A stretch of DNA of 63,491 nucleotides, counting the filler, from Sphacelaria rigidula (taxonomy: Eukaryota): NCBI GenBank assembly GCA_964200075.2. It is 5 parts of 5 records of this genome, joined end to end, with 100 filler letters (N's around TTAATTAATTAA, not from the genome) between each part and the next. Parts side by side here need not be neighbours in the genome. Positions count along the whole stretch, not along the records: positions 50,875 to 63,491 come from CAXNAA020003566.1; 4 more parts are not named here. The stretch is one strand, 5' to 3'. The translations under genes and the position numbers were made by a program. Positions 50,875 through 63,491 of the stretch are shown here, piece by piece. A model generated the notes under the pieces. It searched no databases. It was not told the DNA's origin and worked only from the letters and a program-made list of their open reading frames with translations. The first letter of the stretch is position 1. Every line of letters starts with the position of its first letter.

Positions 50875-51182
50875 CTCTGTCAATAGCCATCCTCGTCATC
50901 AATAGATTTGGCACGCGGTCTATCGATAGCCATTGCCGTCATCAATAGATTTGGAAAACTATCGATCGATGCATTTGGTCGGCCGCAATAGATTACGGTG
51001 TAGGGCCATAGCAGACTGCTGCCCAGACAGGAGTGTGGGAAACTGGTATATCGATGGACATCGCCAACGACGATAGAAAGATGAACTTGCCGATCGATGG
51101 CCATTACGGACGACAATATTAGCATCTACTGCAGCAGATTCTATTGCTATCGCAACAGATGCCGTCTATCGTCCAGGGTGTG
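50875..51182 (+). mobile_element. End of a related CACACCCTGG-type element
   Basis: Ends TATCGTCCAGGGTGTG like 31192, but its subterminal motifs are CAATAGAT/ATCGAT. Confidence 0.6.
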
Positions 51183-51698
51183 GACTATTTCGAACTCACC
51201 AGCGTGAAGCATACTTTGTAACGAGGCGTCCACGAGATTTATTGCTGATTTTAGTGTGCAAGTTCCTCCGCACCCGGCCCGGGAGATGACTGTTCGGGCC
51301 AATGCCAATGCGAGGGGCCCGGTACGCGAATTCGTGCTGCACTCTGAGCGGGGGTACACATGCGTTCGCGACCGTTCGAACGGACGCGTGATCGCGGTGG
51401 TCCTGGAATGTTCCCGGCGGGCATGAACATTTCGATAGAAGGTCTCTTCTCACGAGGGCTTGGCAAGGCAAAAGTACCGAGACCCTCGAAAAAGACGGAC
51501 GGGACCGGGGCGCAGCCCCGGGTCCCGTGCGGCTTGAGTATATATATATATATATATGTATATATATCCCACTTTTTTTGGTTCGTTATGGCCTAGCGAG
51601 GTCTCGCACAAAGATTTAAAAGACTAGCACCAAGCCTTTACCGGTGAATTGCCTAGAAAAAGTTGTTCCGAATTTCATCCAGCCCGGTTTCTAAATCG

Positions 51699-51956
51699 CC
51701 CTGTCTCCCCTCAATTTTCGGAGTTGTACTTTCAAACTTGGTACGGAGAAATAATAGGGTATACTAAAAAAATGTCGAGCAGCACATTGATATATATATT
51801 TCTCCTCGGCAGTTGATGGCATATTCATAACTAGGGCTGTTTACAGCTCACGGAAAAAAAAAGCTCAATGTGTCGGTTGACATTTTTTTAGCGTGTCCTT
51901 TTCTTTCTCCGTACCAAGTTTGGAAGTCCAACTCCCGAAATTGAGGGGAGACGGGG
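51699..51956. mobile_element. Foldback MITE
   Basis: Arms of about 90 bp: gtctcccctcaattttcggagttg...aacttggtacggagaaa / tttctccgtaccaagtt...caactcccgaaattgaggggagac. Confidence 0.8.
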
Positions 51957-52849
51957 TCTGCAAACCACAATTTCGCGTTTAGAGCGGCCGAGCTCGCAGT
52001 ATTAATGACAATAGTAAGGATAAAGTATCGATAATCATCAAAGCAACAAAAATGATAACAAACAACAACAGTAGTAGTAGTAGTAGAAGTAGTAGTAGTA
52101 GCAGTAACAAAAACAATGGCGATGATAAGAAAAAAAATAATAATAAACAACATCTGATCAACATGTCACACGCACCATCTTTGTAAAACACTCTCGCTTG
52201 TACATGTGTCTCATCAGCATAGCCAGGGCTGGAGACAGAATATAGTCCTGTAGACATGGGAAGCTGTCATGATTACACATGTACGAATTTTTAGTTTTCG
52301 TGAGCATGTTTCAGTCTCTAGGAGAACGCCACATTCAATCAAGGTCCTTCCTCGCCCGTCTATCGTGCGCACTATCCACCGCGCCGACTTGTTCATATTC
52401 AGATTTTTGAATACTTGTAGCAGCCCAGTCACCGGCAGAGCATTCCGGGCGACGGCGATCTCAGCTGACGGATAAATCTTCACCAAGCTAAGAGTATACG
52501 CCGTGGTTTGGGTTCTGGCTGGGGTGGCTTCTTGTACGCACATTGTGCGCGTTTTGATGGAGGATGACAGGGCCAACAGGCGAGTGATCAAAAGGTTCAA
52601 AGATAGAGTATGGCAGTACTCTCTGTGATGTCTTTAGTGACAGCTCTATCTGGTGTTGAGTGTCCTGTTTCGGGAGTGAGTGCTAGCAAGTGTATACTGT
52701 GTGGCGAACCTATTCCTCTGCACGTGTTTGAATAGTATAGCGATGAACAGACATCCTGGGAAATGAGGACGAGATTTTTCTATTGGGAACGAACAGAAGT
52801 CGAACTTGCATGTGATATTAAAGCGGGTACTTGTTGAAGATTGACTTCA

Positions 52850-52955
52850 AGACAACGTACGTTTGACGGGTATTAACTATGTTCAATATTATTTGTACAC
52901 AATTTCGACCTCAGTTCGTTCCCATGGAAAATCTCGTTCCCATTTCTCAGGATCG
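52850..52955 (-). repeat. Dispersed repeat F
   Basis: Reverse complement resembles about 59745-59843 (gggaacgggatatttc..gggagcgaactgacgtcgaaaatgtac...tacccgtcaaacg); a further fragment lies at about 52760-52805. Confidence 0.6.
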
Positions 52956-55900
52956 CCTGTTGATGGCGTTTGTGTTGTGCTGACACGAAAAATACGAACA
53001 CCAATGTAGGTGACACGAAACAGGTAGCGACGATATCGGGACGCTCTGAGGAATGCACCGCTTGTGGGTTGGCTTGCACTGCTGCACAAGGTTGACCCGT
53101 GTGGGTGGTTCGTTCTTTATACTCGGAGTATTTCAATGAGAGAAACACCGCGAAGAAGGTTGGACGTCTGACGCGTGTAAGGTTGCGAACTAGCGATTGG
53201 CGGTACTGTTTCTGTCGCCGATTGAAATTTGCTACGCTTCGCCGTCACCTGTGTTTATCGCCGGTTTTTCCTTCATGCAGTGGTTGTAAGCCGTCTTGTG
53301 TGGTGTAGCTTGTTGGAAATTGAGAGTATCCAGCACACTGGATACTTGTGACTGCTGGGGGATGCTCCACATTGAAGCTCTGAGTGAGTCTTACTCCAGG
53401 GTTGTGGTGCACTTGTTGTTGTTTCTTTATTTCTTTGTATGGACATGAACGCAGCAAGAATTGCACCTCTTAGCCTATGGTTGACAGAACGCTGAGTGAC
53501 GTTGAATTTCGTGGTGGTAGTCTTTCACCGATTTTGTCGGTTTTGCGAATCGGTGGATGTCGTACTTCATGGATTGGTCCTGCTGTTGACGTGGATTGGG
53601 CAGGGGTAGGCATGCATTCACACTATTATGTGTGCTCCTCGCGGCTTGAAACGTGGCCTCCCAGGTGCTGGGCTCGCCTGACCTGCAATATGTTAGTACA
53701 TAACAGAATTGTGGTGACTTTTTCCAATGGTAAGGATTCGAGTAAAGGAGACGCTGGAACCACGAAGGAGGAGTGCATCCCTCCAATTAATCGTTTCCAA
53801 AATGGCACGTTTGCGGATTGGTGAATAACAAAAGCACGGTGCTCGCTCACGTGCAGAGACAGTAAATGCTGCCCAACATGGGCAGGGCTGTGGGATTGCC
53901 TCCCATCCCCACGTCAGTCTATCTGCCGAAACCCACACCTGTGTCCGTACCGCGTGTGTGCCTGGCCCATGCATCCGTCTCAGGTTTTGGTTCAATATTG
54001 AGATGGTGACCTTCGGCATCAACATGTGATAGTGGGCTATTTGGCTATTTGGCTACCGCACGTGCAGAGTTTGAGGGTGTCGTGGAATGTGTACAGTCCC
54101 CGGGCGATTCCCACTGCCACGGCGCTGGGTTTGATCTACACCATCACGTGAGTGAAACAGCCATGCTGCTTGAATATACTGTGGAAGATTATTGTGACAC
54201 GGGATTGATTTCTGAAGTTGACGTTTCGAGACGCGAGCATGGTTCTACTTTCGAAACATTCAAGCTACAATACGCACATGCTAGCCTAGGATGGTAAAGT
54301 CGGCTGTCATCTCGGAACACATTCGAATCTAGACAAGCAAACGTAGCCTGTCGCTGGCCACTAGTCGGAACGACTGGATAATAATCTATGTAACACTCTC
54401 CGGTTGGCGTGAGACGGATGGGATCGGAAGTATGAGTGAACCTGCGGGTGTTTTTTTCGCCTATCCGATGACACAGTGTACAGGCGTGTTTACGCCCATC
54501 ACCCTAAATGTACTCATCCGCAGAGATTCACGCCGTTTTGGGGGGTTGGAATCTGAGAATTGAGCACATAAACTGTGCGCCATTTCAAAAGTTTTCGATC
54601 GACGGAATGTTTGATGTTTTCTGTTTTTGACAGGTTGTGGGGGGTCCCCAGGGTACTGGGGGATCACATGCCCTTCTGGAATCCCCTAAAATCCGCGAAG
54701 AAGAAATCCATGGATCGAAACGTTTCGTAATGGCCCGTAATATATGTTCACTTTTTCACATTAAACGTCGAGCAAGTTTCTTTATCGCGCCTTCGTGTGA
54801 TGAAGTGCGCTTGAAAGGTACAGACTCCTGACCACTTGATTCTACTATTTAAATGTTTTTTTCGGGTGCGTTTCGAGTGAAAACAACCCGATTGCATACT
54901 TTTTTTCGGGTCACGCAACGAAGCGGTGTACAAACATTGCTTGGACTAACCTGGAACGCGTACTTTGTTTTGTTTTTGTTTTGAGGTATGCTGTACCGGC
55001 TTCGGGGGGTCTCGGCGTGAAGCCCCCCGGAGCCCCCGGGAAGCCGGTAAGGCGCGGACAACCTCGGTATTTTCAACAATACATTTTTCGTAGTTAAAGT
55101 GCCCAGACGTACCGAGCTGCCAAGGTAGAGGGTGGTCCGAGATTCTCCACGACATACATAAGGGAAACCGTTCGGAGGCTTTCTGTGTCTTTGGTGCATC
55201 ATCACTATCAATAACGGAAACCCGATGACGCTCAAAAGCCCCATGTCACCGAAATACGATGGTTTTGAGAATAATTCGATGCCATAGCCATCGTTTCGTT
55301 GTGTGTTTACCGTCAGACTCTCGAGCTGATGGCAGTTACTGCGATTTGAAGCACATATGGAGCTTGGATAGAAATCGTGTCAAGAACTTGTATTTCCATT
55401 TTATTTGGAACAAGTTAAAGACCGCTGATTGTTCGAGGCAACTCCTCGCGCGTAGCGCCACCGCTATGATTCTCAACAAAAATACGGCTGTTACCCTCTT
55501 CATTTGTCCATGGCTGTCAGCATGATGCCGTGTATGCGACTATTGGATGAGTGTTGCGAAAGGAATTCGCTGGTGAATATATTTGAGCTGATGAGCGTGA
55601 ACAAGCCTGTATACTTTATGTGACTCGCCTATGTGGATAGCACTTTTTTGTCGATGGTACCTGTGCATCCGAGCGCTTGCCTTTCGTGATATAGATCTGC
55701 ACGAGGTGGGTATTTGATGGCAACGCCCACGTAAGCGATCTCGACCAACGCACGCCATGCACAGGAACGTTTTGTTGTGTTACCACTACTGTCTAGAGTT
55801 CCCTCTGTGTCTATCGAAGTTTGCCCAAACGTAACGTGTAGCCTACTACGTAGCATACTTGTTCGGTAGTGCATCTGCCGTCTCCCCTACGAACACTGGT

Positions 55901-57944
55901 GTTCATCTCTGTGGGTACCCGGGTGTGCCGTTTAGCTCTCGCTCGGTATCCGATTGGTTCCTTCACTTTCCTTCATTGCCAGAACAGATGTGTTCGTTTC
56001 ACCACACCCCGACCAGCTCGGGGGCCGGAGGGGGGGGCGTACTGATTTGTTTCTTGCCTTAGTCGTTTGACCCTTGACCACGCATGCCTTTCGAGACGGA
56101 GCACCGGTGAGATTTCCTTCTTGTGTTTCTCGTCGATTCTCTCTTGCTGTTTTCAATTTCGTTTGCTTCGTTCTTGACGTCTCAGAAGAAGTCGCTCAGT
56201 GAGCGCTACTATCTGTCATGTAAGGAACGATGAGACGCGAGTTACAGTACATTACAAGGAGCCATGCCTTACTGGATGTGCGGTTTGGTGCTGCATCGCC
56301 TGTGTTGATGGTGTATTTATTTTCAGGGGGGGGGCAGTACGGCCTGCAGGTCGGCAACACTGCAAATAGATACCCTCAACAAAGCAGAAATGCTGTTTTT
56401 CGGGCGTGGTTACCAGGAAACATCGTTTCCTGCACCGCGGGCCTGAACGAAAGGGCGAATGCGATGATCGAAAAAACGCCACTACGCGTGTCTGTTCGTG
56501 CAGCTTATTGCTTCACGCACAAACTTACTCCGGAGACAGCACGTGAAAACTTGTAGTGACCGGTCAAATAGGCGAAACACTTGAGGATGTTACGAGCGTG
56601 TCTTGACGGTATGAAACACACACATACACATACTCACATACACACGTTCGAAAAAATGAAAAAATGCGCTATGATTTGTACCTGTGATACCACCCATCCG
56701 TACTGGTAGAGACAACTCTTTTACTTCCGGAGGTGTTTTTCTGTTTTTGTTTTCATTATTTCTTCAATCTCTCTTGCAAAAGCGTTTTGCCGTCGAGATA
56801 AACACTGCGCTCGTGAAGAACATGGCGTACTGAACACACAGCAAAACCACCCAGAGATGTAACATATATGGCGCGACCACGCATCAAGTGGGTGCTATAT
56901 ACCCCTAATTTCGGTTTAATCGGTTCCAAATGGAATGGAACACAATGGTTAGCGTCAGACATGCCCCAGATACAGCACCCTCACGCGGTCAACACGTGCA
57001 TGTTCGACAACATTTGTGGCACTCATAGGGTCGCCCCTCCAACACTGAACGACTATCGTGAAGTCGACAAAGACCACTCGCTGCGCGTAGATTGATAAGG
57101 GTACATGTGCCCGTTGTCGATAAGACTCATCTAACTACCCGTTTTGGGCGGGCGGAGAAACATATCGCTCCAGGTGTTATGAAAGTAAGTGTTATTATGC
57201 CCCGTCAAGATCCGGCCCGACCTTTACCTTCACCTTCACGATATCAACATCTGCACCCGAGCTTGACGTCACACAGCGATTCTGTCCACGTTAAGAGTCT
57301 TCGTTAGGGTCGTTATCACCGATTTTTTTCAGACTTCTTCGACTATTTCGGGAGAATTTCCGACTTATCGGGAGAAAAAGCTGAAAAAAAAAGAGCGAAA
57401 TTCTCCGAGTAAGAAGTGGTTGGTATCGAATTATTCTTTTCCTTAACCTGGTTGAGAAATCTGGTGTCACGCTTGTCGGGGAGAAAGCGTAATTTCCCGA
57501 TAAGTCGGAAAAGTTGGAAACAAATACAATCCCGTTGATAGTCACCCTCGAAGGGGTATAACGTCTTTCCGCTCCCCGACTTCTTCCACAAACAATGGAT
57601 TCAAAACATTTTTGATGGTACGAGCTGGGTCAGCAGCTGACAGTGACTTTTGAATGAAGAGTGGAGATGCCATTGGTAATTCGAAGAGTTAGGCGCTGAA
57701 ATTTTGACACGACATTTTCATCATCAACCCGCGCAACCCTGTGAGTGGTGCAGAGGGGGAAAAGAAAAACCAGGAAGTTAGAGCAAGTTGAAGTTTCAGC
57801 AAAAACAGGAAACATGCTATAACTTCCTTTCAAAGTTGATAAAAACGATGACACTTCAACACATACGAGCACTCGCGTCAAAGGCATCCTGGTAAAGTTT
57901 CGGCCAAAAATACCTCAGATTGGGCTTCGCGTCGCGCTTTTTCG

Positions 57945-58200
57945 TGTGACACGGCTGCGCCCCTTGAACTCAAGGGATCCAGGAGACTCCAGTTACGTAG
58001 GTCATGAGTTCGAATCCCGACATATTACTTTTTTTTCGACTGTCGTTAAGGTTATATATTACGCAGCACATTTTGTTTTGTTTTTTCTTCATTCAGCAGC
58101 GGTGCCGTGTGTTACCAGGTTGGTCTGCACTTCACTGCGATATGCTCAATTCGCGCTGATTTGGGAAACTCGACATGTTGTGGTGTGGAAAGCGAATGCG
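57945..58200 (+). repeat. Dispersed repeat with a B-box-like motif (possible SINE)
   Basis: GAGTTCGAATCC at about 58006-58017; the downstream part is shared with 4578-4724. No cloverleaf found. Confidence 0.4.
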
Positions 58201-59744
58201 GGATCTACTGCTGGCCCAGCTCGTATACTTTGGATAAATGGGTTTTCAGTCTTGAATCGATCTATTGCCTGACCTGTTTGAAATTTGCTTTCACCTGTTT
58301 CGGACAAAAAGAAAACTCGGAGTTCGGACGAGAAAAACCCCGTTGATGATGCCACTTCTACGTCATTCTGTCTATCATGTCAAATGGTTGTATCTCTACA
58401 CTCGCACTACAGCATTTTCTGCAAACCTGTCTCCCATTCCCTTGTTTTCTTGTGTCTCTCGTTTGTGTTTGTTTTTCTTTGTTTTTCCTGGTTTCCGTTG
58501 CTGCACTGCTTGCTCCCAACAACTAACAGACTGAACGCGTCGCTGTGGGATATATGGGGCTTTCTTGCGCCGCTCATCTTGTTCGCGGTGTTTGTGGGCT
58601 GTTCGTTCAGTCTCCACTTTGTACCGTGGCCATGTTGACATCTCTCCTTGACTGGATCATGCAAAGGCTAATACTACACTACGGCTACTGCTACACTGTA
58701 TATTCACGGAGGCGTTCTGCAGACTTGTTCCATAGTGCATAGATGTAAATGGACTGAAGAGGGCTACTTCTGACTTGGGAACAGACGAACGAGTCTGCTA
58801 TTCATGGCGCCTTGATCTTGTCTTGAGGTAAAGCAGCTTCAGCAGACAACGACATGCATGTCTGTCGACGCATTTGTCTTGCCCCTTGGTGTTGGGCGGT
58901 GTGTTGGGTGCTGGCGACACTTATCAGCGATGGTCTCGTGGTTGTTGTGCTTTGGCGGAAGACCCGGGCGAACGTGTTCACAGAGGGGGCATGTCGCTCC
59001 TGCTTCCGACGGCCACAGCAACGGATCGGATCGCAAGTCATACGTTTGAAGAAACGCGATTTGCTTTTGTTTCAAGACAACACGTGTTGATGAAGTGTGT
59101 CTGTCCCTTGATGTTGCAACACAGCACAGAGAGATAATCAAGGTGCACGTGCACGTTGATTCCGTCTGGCTGCCATTGTTGTTTTTTCAGCCTCCTTTGG
59201 CGGAAGGCAAGGGTAGAAAAACCTCTGCCCGATACTTATGCGAACAACACTCTACATGTTGATATATTGTTCGCTTTCGTATGATGGTTACTGTACCATG
59301 ATTGAGGTATTGCAGCGCTCAAATCACAGACCCATCCAACGATAGTACTCCGGTCGTATCGCTCGTTGCGGAGTTGGCGCCAATGACAGAGAAGGGGTGT
59401 ACTCTGGTGCGTGGTTCATTCTCTGTCGCAGGCATTGTGAGAGTCGACCCACAAAATAAATGTTTCTACCTACGAGTCTAGTGCTACAACAGTCTATACT
59501 TGTATGCGAGAGGCGCACGTCATCACACGACGGGAGAAGAAATGCATCAAGGCGATGCAAAATCCTCCTTTTCGCAGTACTCGAGCGCTCCGATTGTGGT
59601 CAAACAGTTTCACCAAACAGCGCGAGAGAACATTTTTTTTTTTTTTCTCTTTTCGTATCATATCCAGAACCTTCCCCGTCCAATGCAGTACGGCGACGTG
59701 GTCCATACCAGGGAGTCAAACGTGTGTCAACACTGCCAACACGG

Positions 59745-59843
59745 AATTCTGAAAGCTGGGAACGGGATATTTCTAAGGGAGCGAACTGACGTCGAAAATG
59801 TACAAAAAATTGCAACTAAAGAGTACCCGTCAAACGCACGTTA
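59745..59843 (+). repeat. Dispersed repeat F
   Basis: Matches 52850-52955 in inverted orientation. Confidence 0.6.
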
Positions 59844-61859
59844 GAGCACTTCAAAGGTACGCCTGACCCAGCACTATATACAGTGGCTGCAATATGATCT
59901 ATACTGTCGACCCGAGTTCGTACCTATAGAAGAATATCGTTCTCATTTATCAGAACCCCGCGTTAACTGTATATCCCCTCTTTCGCAGTCAAGTACGCGC
60001 AGCTTCGCTCCTTCAATGATCTCATTTACTCCGCTTCTCCTCTCCCCCCTGTCCCTCTCTCCTTTTCAATTTGTGTCATTTTTGTTTTATTCCTCCACTT
60101 TTTTCCCCTCCCTTCCTTCCCTTTTTGTTTTTTACCTTATTTTTGGCCAATTTACTCTTTTTTTTCCTTCGTGGCGCCAAGCGGAGACGGGGAGAAAAGC
60201 GGAGAAGCGGACCGACCTCCGCATCGCGAAATGAAAACCTTGCAAGACCCAAGCTACGCGTACATAACTGGGAAAGGGGGGGATACAGTAGCATTGGCAA
60301 GCTTTTGACTCCCTCGCGTGGACAGCCTCACCGTATTGCATTGAGTGAGGATGTTCCTGGTTACTGTCAGTAAAGATAAAGAAAACGGTTTGGGGTAGGT
60401 ACGAGAGTAGTGAAATGAATCAGGGTTCAAATCACTGTCTCGCGGTGGAAGGGGTTGGTGAAGTCACAGTCAAACTGTTCCAGTTTGTGCGAGAATTTCA
60501 ACTGGTGTTTTTTTTTGTTCTCTTGTTTTGTTCAGTGCAACTGTTTTACCGCGATTGGATCGCTCAAATCCTGCGAGAAAGAGCACTTTGTAAGGCTATG
60601 CTGTAGTTTTTGTTCCGTGGTGTGAGATGGGGCGGCCGCTTCTCTCTGCGTAATGTTCTCCAAGGGTACGTACGCTTTTTTTTCGGCACGATTTGTGACG
60701 CCAGCCAAAAGAAGACCTGGTGGACCACTGCTGTTGAGGGACTCTTCTGTCTTACTGGCCTCAGTTTCAGTTGTCAACCTTTACAACATTCTCATTATCA
60801 GGAATGCCCCTTCCAGGCACCAACCTTCCAGACACGCAGGGTATCATCCCCGTGTCCCGATCATTATCCAGAATCCTCCCAGAATCTTCCAGAATTCCCA
60901 TGCCCCCAGTCATTATCCAGTTCATCATCACCAATTGAAGGTAACGTCATATTTTCGTCACAGATTTCTTGTTTGACAAATTTCACACGGCGAAAAACAC
61001 GGAATCTCCGAATTTGTCGCAAAAATATTTTGCTCTCAAATATGCGAGCATCTTTCGTCAAGCAGGTCAGGCAACACGTCAATTGAAGCCCGAGTACAGC
61101 TTTCTCCGAAAACTTGAGTCGAGTTTGTTTTTCATCAACTTAGTTTTTCTGATAAAACATCGAGAAGAAATCCACTTTCGGGGGGGAGAACATCGGAAAA
61201 TAGATGTAAACTGCCCCGTTAATAATAATGTGAGATGATCAATCAATCAAACCCACCGGTCAATGACCGCCCACCAGGCCGCTTCGTCGAGCGCACCCTT
61301 CTACTGCTCGGTGGTCTGTGCCCCCTCTATTTTGCACATGTACGCTGCTTGGTGAGCGTCTCCGGGCAACCGCTCAGTGAAATTGATTGATTGGTCGATT
61401 ATCTCACATTAGCAGATTGCAACAATCCAGCCCGTGGTCAGGAGCAGCAAAAAGAGAACAGAATAATAAAAAATACAAAAGAAAAGGAAAGGAACAAAAA
61501 AACGACAGAAGCAACGGCCTCAGAAAGGAAAAAATGGGGGCAGCGATAACAACAAGAAACGCCACCGAAATACCGCGCAGTCAGTTCAGTACGGTACAGT
61601 AGCAGTAGTGAGTGGCCAAAAGGGAAATACTACAGTAGTACGAGCGCTGCGATCTTGTAGTCCCCATAGACGGCATATATATATGCATGTGGCCTACGAG
61701 TAGGTAAGCTCAAATGCCGCTGCCTGAGGCGTATTTTGCGAACAACAACGCCCGGCGGGAGGTGTATGGATCACCAAGTTCTAAATCGGCAACATCAATT
61801 GACATGATATTGGTCGATCGGGTCTGAGGTGGCGAGAGTATAACGGTCAAGCCATAGGA

Positions 61860-62330
61860 TAGCAGGTGCGCGCGCCAGAATGGATCCATGCTGTTTTCTG
61901 GAACATGACTAAAAGTCATATGAGAGCCCTCTGGATAATGACTGTTCAAAATATTCGAGGTGGGATTGGGGTCGAAGATGAAGGTCTTGCTGTCCAATTC
62001 GAAGTACACGTAGAGCGTGGTGGAGCTAGTGATTCATCGCACGGGACGATGGTGTTCTACTTCACTTCCAGTGGTAAGAGCCTGCGATGAATTTCTTCAG
62101 CAATTCTTGCCATTATATTTCAATGGTGACGATGATCGCATAAGCACATGTTGCTTTGGAAGTTGTCATTCTTGTATACTGCATTCAGTACATTGCAGTG
62201 CCCCTGGAACGTTCAAGCACCCACGTCGAGACCGGTCACAGAGCAGGACCGTCATGGCCGCTATCAACAGTGGAGCCAGGGTAATAAATATTAGATGCTT
62301 CTCTTGTTGGTGGAGACTTGATTCACGCTT
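61860..62330 (-). pseudogene. Possible decayed carbohydrate sulfotransferase (Sulfotransfer_2-like)
   Basis: Signal-anchor-like LIFITLAPLLIAAMTVLLC, then DLHLRPQSHLEYFEQSLSRGLSYDF (similar to D/NxHxxPQ...YDF); many stops. Confidence 0.25.
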
Positions 62331-62761
62331 TCCGCTACAAGTACAGTACAGAGTTTTCGACCTTTTGAATCATACCTTACAAATGCACTCCCACACTGTA
62401 CTGCATCACCTTATACCCAGGATTAGGGTAGCAGCATACGCTACGATAAGGACCGTACAGCGCACAGAGTACCGGTCCCGTGCTGCAGTCGCCAGAGCTG
62501 TAGGTTGTATGTGATCTGTGAGATGGACTGTCCTGCTCTCTCTGTATATTTTGTCGTACAGCCATCAGCGTTCAACTCGCCCCATCGCGGTGGTGGTGGT
62601 GAAGGCGTAATGCAATCGAGTACGTGAAACAGTGTTTTCATTAGATCGAGAGTAGAGCGCTGATTGAGAGTGGCTTTGATCATTCGCTTTCACGTAGCCA
62701 TTTTTTCATCATGTGTGTGCTTTTCTTTGTCTTCATCACTGGCGTGTGCTTACAACTACCG

Positions 62762-63080
62762 CGTCGATATCCTACTGAGGAGTATCAACAGCCTCAGTGG
62801 CAAGCTGCTACAGAAAGCATATCGGGCCTCGTGGAGGAGCCTTTCAGAACTGAAACGATTCATTCACTAATAATCACTGGCCTGTGCTCACAGGTACATT
62901 TCGATATCCTACTCAGGGATATCAAGGGCCTCAGTGGCAAGCTACTACAGAAGGCATATTGGGCCTCGTGGAGGGGCATTTCGAAACTGAAACGATTCAT
63001 TCACTGATTGATCGCTTTTTCACCCTCAATCGCATCCTCTATCTACTCTCAATCTCACGAAAACATTGTTCTAAGCGGTT
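62762..63080 (+). repeat. Dispersed repeat D with an internal tandem duplication (about 138-bp spacing)
   Basis: tcgatatcctact...gcctcagtggcaagct...aactgaaacgattcattcact occurs twice; shared with 12722-12791 and 13948-14042. Confidence 0.8.
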
Positions 63081-63491
63081 GACGGTAACGATATTTTAGA
63101 GTACAAATTATTTTGTGTTGCGAAAGTTGCTCTAAACACCGAACACGTCATCACATCAAGGGCGAAGAGAAGGCGAAACTGCTGCAGTGAAGCACTTCAT
63201 CTGTGAGCTGAAGACGTGTTGAGTGATTGATGTTCGATCAATAGTGAAAAAGTACGTCACCATGAGTTGCTGCACCATGGCGAGATGACACCTGAGAGAC
63301 ACTCAACGGTCAGATTTATTATTATTATTATATCCATCACATTAGCTCGATCTCTCGCACCCGTGGTCACCGAGTGCAAGGAGCATACCACCAATAAACC
63401 CACAACCCAAACAGACCGCAGAAGAAGGCAAGAAACAAATATTTACACGAAAAAAGGGCACCACACTGCGAAAGATCCGTATGAGACCGAT

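Larger units (their letters stand above)
52421..58638 (+). pseudogene. TMEM128: TMEM128-like membrane protein gene with frameshifts (three exons found)
   Basis: Exons at about 52421-52579 (VYAVVWVLAGVASCTHIVRVLMEDDRANR), 53984-54147 (FWFNIEMVTFGIN / VIVGYLAIWLPHVQSLRVSWNVYSPRAIPTATALGLIYTIT) and 58530-58638 (LNASLWDIWGFLAPLILFAVFVGCSFSLHFVPWPC*). Phases match. The P..IP..T / LW..W.F..PL.LF..F.G pattern resembles TMEM128. Frame breaks near 52475 and 54025. Confidence 0.75.

Noticed and set aside
55585..55640. Hammerhead ribozyme (CTGATGAG core)
   Set aside because: No stem II followed by GAAA could be found.
57990..58025. tRNA gene
   Set aside because: Only a B-box-like GTTCGAATCC is present; no acceptor stem or cloverleaf.

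Overview
Repeat-rich eukaryotic DNA, most likely from a brown alga or other stramenopile (inferred from the TE families, intron style and TTAGGG repeats). The window is not one locus. It is five unrelated contigs of about 12.6 kb (1-12621, 12722-25339, 25440-38057, 38158-50774, 50875-63491), sorted by decreasing length and joined by artificial N44-TTAATTAATTAA-N44 linkers. Host genes: (i) an intact five-exon, 134-aa single-box HMGB protein gene (minus strand, 15518-22331) with two micro-exons, a GC-AG intron and a duplicated last splice acceptor; (ii) a three-exon TMEM128-like membrane protein gene with frameshifts (52421-58638); (iii) possibly a decayed carbohydrate sulfotransferase. The rest is mostly nested transposons: two Ty3/Gypsy elements (one near full length, with about 98% identical LTRs, a decayed pol and a Tudor-like domain after the integrase), a DIRS/Ngaro-type retroelement with a CCCH-finger gag and about 20 nonapeptide repeats, LINE fragments, a mariner transposase relic, a piggyBac-like element, a CACACCCTGG-terminated DNA transposon family with palindromic subterminal arrays, and many MITEs, including one that carries telomeric repeats. 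All protein family calls come from motif recognition by eye; no database search was run.
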